DNA of 36,541 bases from IMG/VR virus record IMGVR_UViG_648276647_000007. One strand, 5' to 3'. Position numbers and translations under genes: made by a program. Source of the stretch: a virus (lineage: Duplodnaviria > Heunggongvirae > Uroviricota > Caudoviricetes). The notes beneath the pieces are model-generated. The model saw only the letters and a program-made list of their open reading frames with translations, searched no databases and had not been told where the DNA came from. This document shows, piece after piece, positions 36,042-36,541 of this stretch (position 1 is its first letter; every line of letters begins with the position of its first letter).

Positions 36042-36541
36042 ATAAATCGAACTTTTGCTGAGTTGAAGGATCAGATCACGCATCTTCCCGACAACGCAGA
36101 CCATTCCGTGGCAAAGCAAAAGTTCAAAATCACCAACTGGTCCACCTACAACAAAGCCCTCATCAACCGTGGCTCCATAACTTTCTGGCTGGACGATGAA
36201 GCTATTCAGGCCTGGTATGAGTCGGCAACGCCTTCATCACGGGGAAGACCTCAGCGCTATTCTGATCTCGCCATCACCACCGTTCTGGTCATTAAACGCG
36301 TGTTCAGGCTGACCCTGCGGGCTGCACAGGGTTTTATTGATTCCATTTTTACACTGATGAATGTTCCGTTGCGCTGCCCGGATTACACCAGTGTCAGTAA
36401 GCGCGCAAAGTCGGTTAATGTCAGTTTCAAAACGTTCACCCGGGGTGAAATCGCGCATCTGGTGATTGATTCCACCGGGCTGAAGGTCTCTGGTGAAGGC
36501 GAATGGAAAGTCAAAAAACACGGACAAAGAACGCCGTCGTA
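36031..36541 (+). mobile_element. IS903-group (IS5 family) insertion sequence, left end and 5' part; continues beyond the window
   Basis: Terminal sequence GGCTTTGTTGAATAAATCGAACTTTTGCTGAGTTGAAGGATCAGATCACGCATCTTCCCGACAACGCAGACC... matches the IS903/Tn903 end as I remember it. Confidence 0.75.
36107..36541 (+). CDS. IS903-group transposase, N-terminal 145 codons (3'-partial at window edge)
   Basis: Frame open from GTG 36107 to the window end, translating to VAKQKFKITNWSTYNKALINRGSITFWLDDEAIQAWYESATPSSRGRPQRYSDLAITTVLVIKRVFRLTLRAAQGF...; absent from the ORF track because no stop is reached. Confidence 0.75.

Overview
This window is a lambda-like prophage remnant in an enterobacterial (E. coli/Shigella-type) chromosome, read from the sequence alone with no database searches. 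From left to right: the 3' part of an invasin/intimin-like Ig-repeat adhesin gene and a lipoprotein esterase gene (host-like); then a DLP12-style nin region (NinB, NinE, YbcO-like, RusA, YlcG-like, Q-like antiterminator) with no int/xis/cI/cro/O/P upstream; a late promoter/terminator leader; a lysis cassette (non-lambda holin plus lambda-type R, Rz, embedded Rz1); bor; a small accessory interval (TonB-C-like lipoprotein, two small minus-strand genes); cos; and an almost complete lambda morphogenetic block (Nu1, A, W, B, C/Nu3, D, E, FI, FII, Z, U, V, G, G-T, H, M, L, K, I, J, lom, side tail fibre). The tape-measure gene H carries a 1-nt frameshift. The b-region cargo is a sitABCD-type Mn/Fe ABC transporter operon (minus strand) with MntR-like and Fur-like boxes, followed by an AT-rich orphan gene cut by the 5' end of an IS903-group insertion sequence. 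I did not find a clearly recognisable novel multi-gene system; the best candidates for undescribed function are the bor-cos accessory interval, the two small genes after the tail fibre, and the AT-rich IS-disrupted gene. No CRISPR array, tRNA or rRNA was seen.
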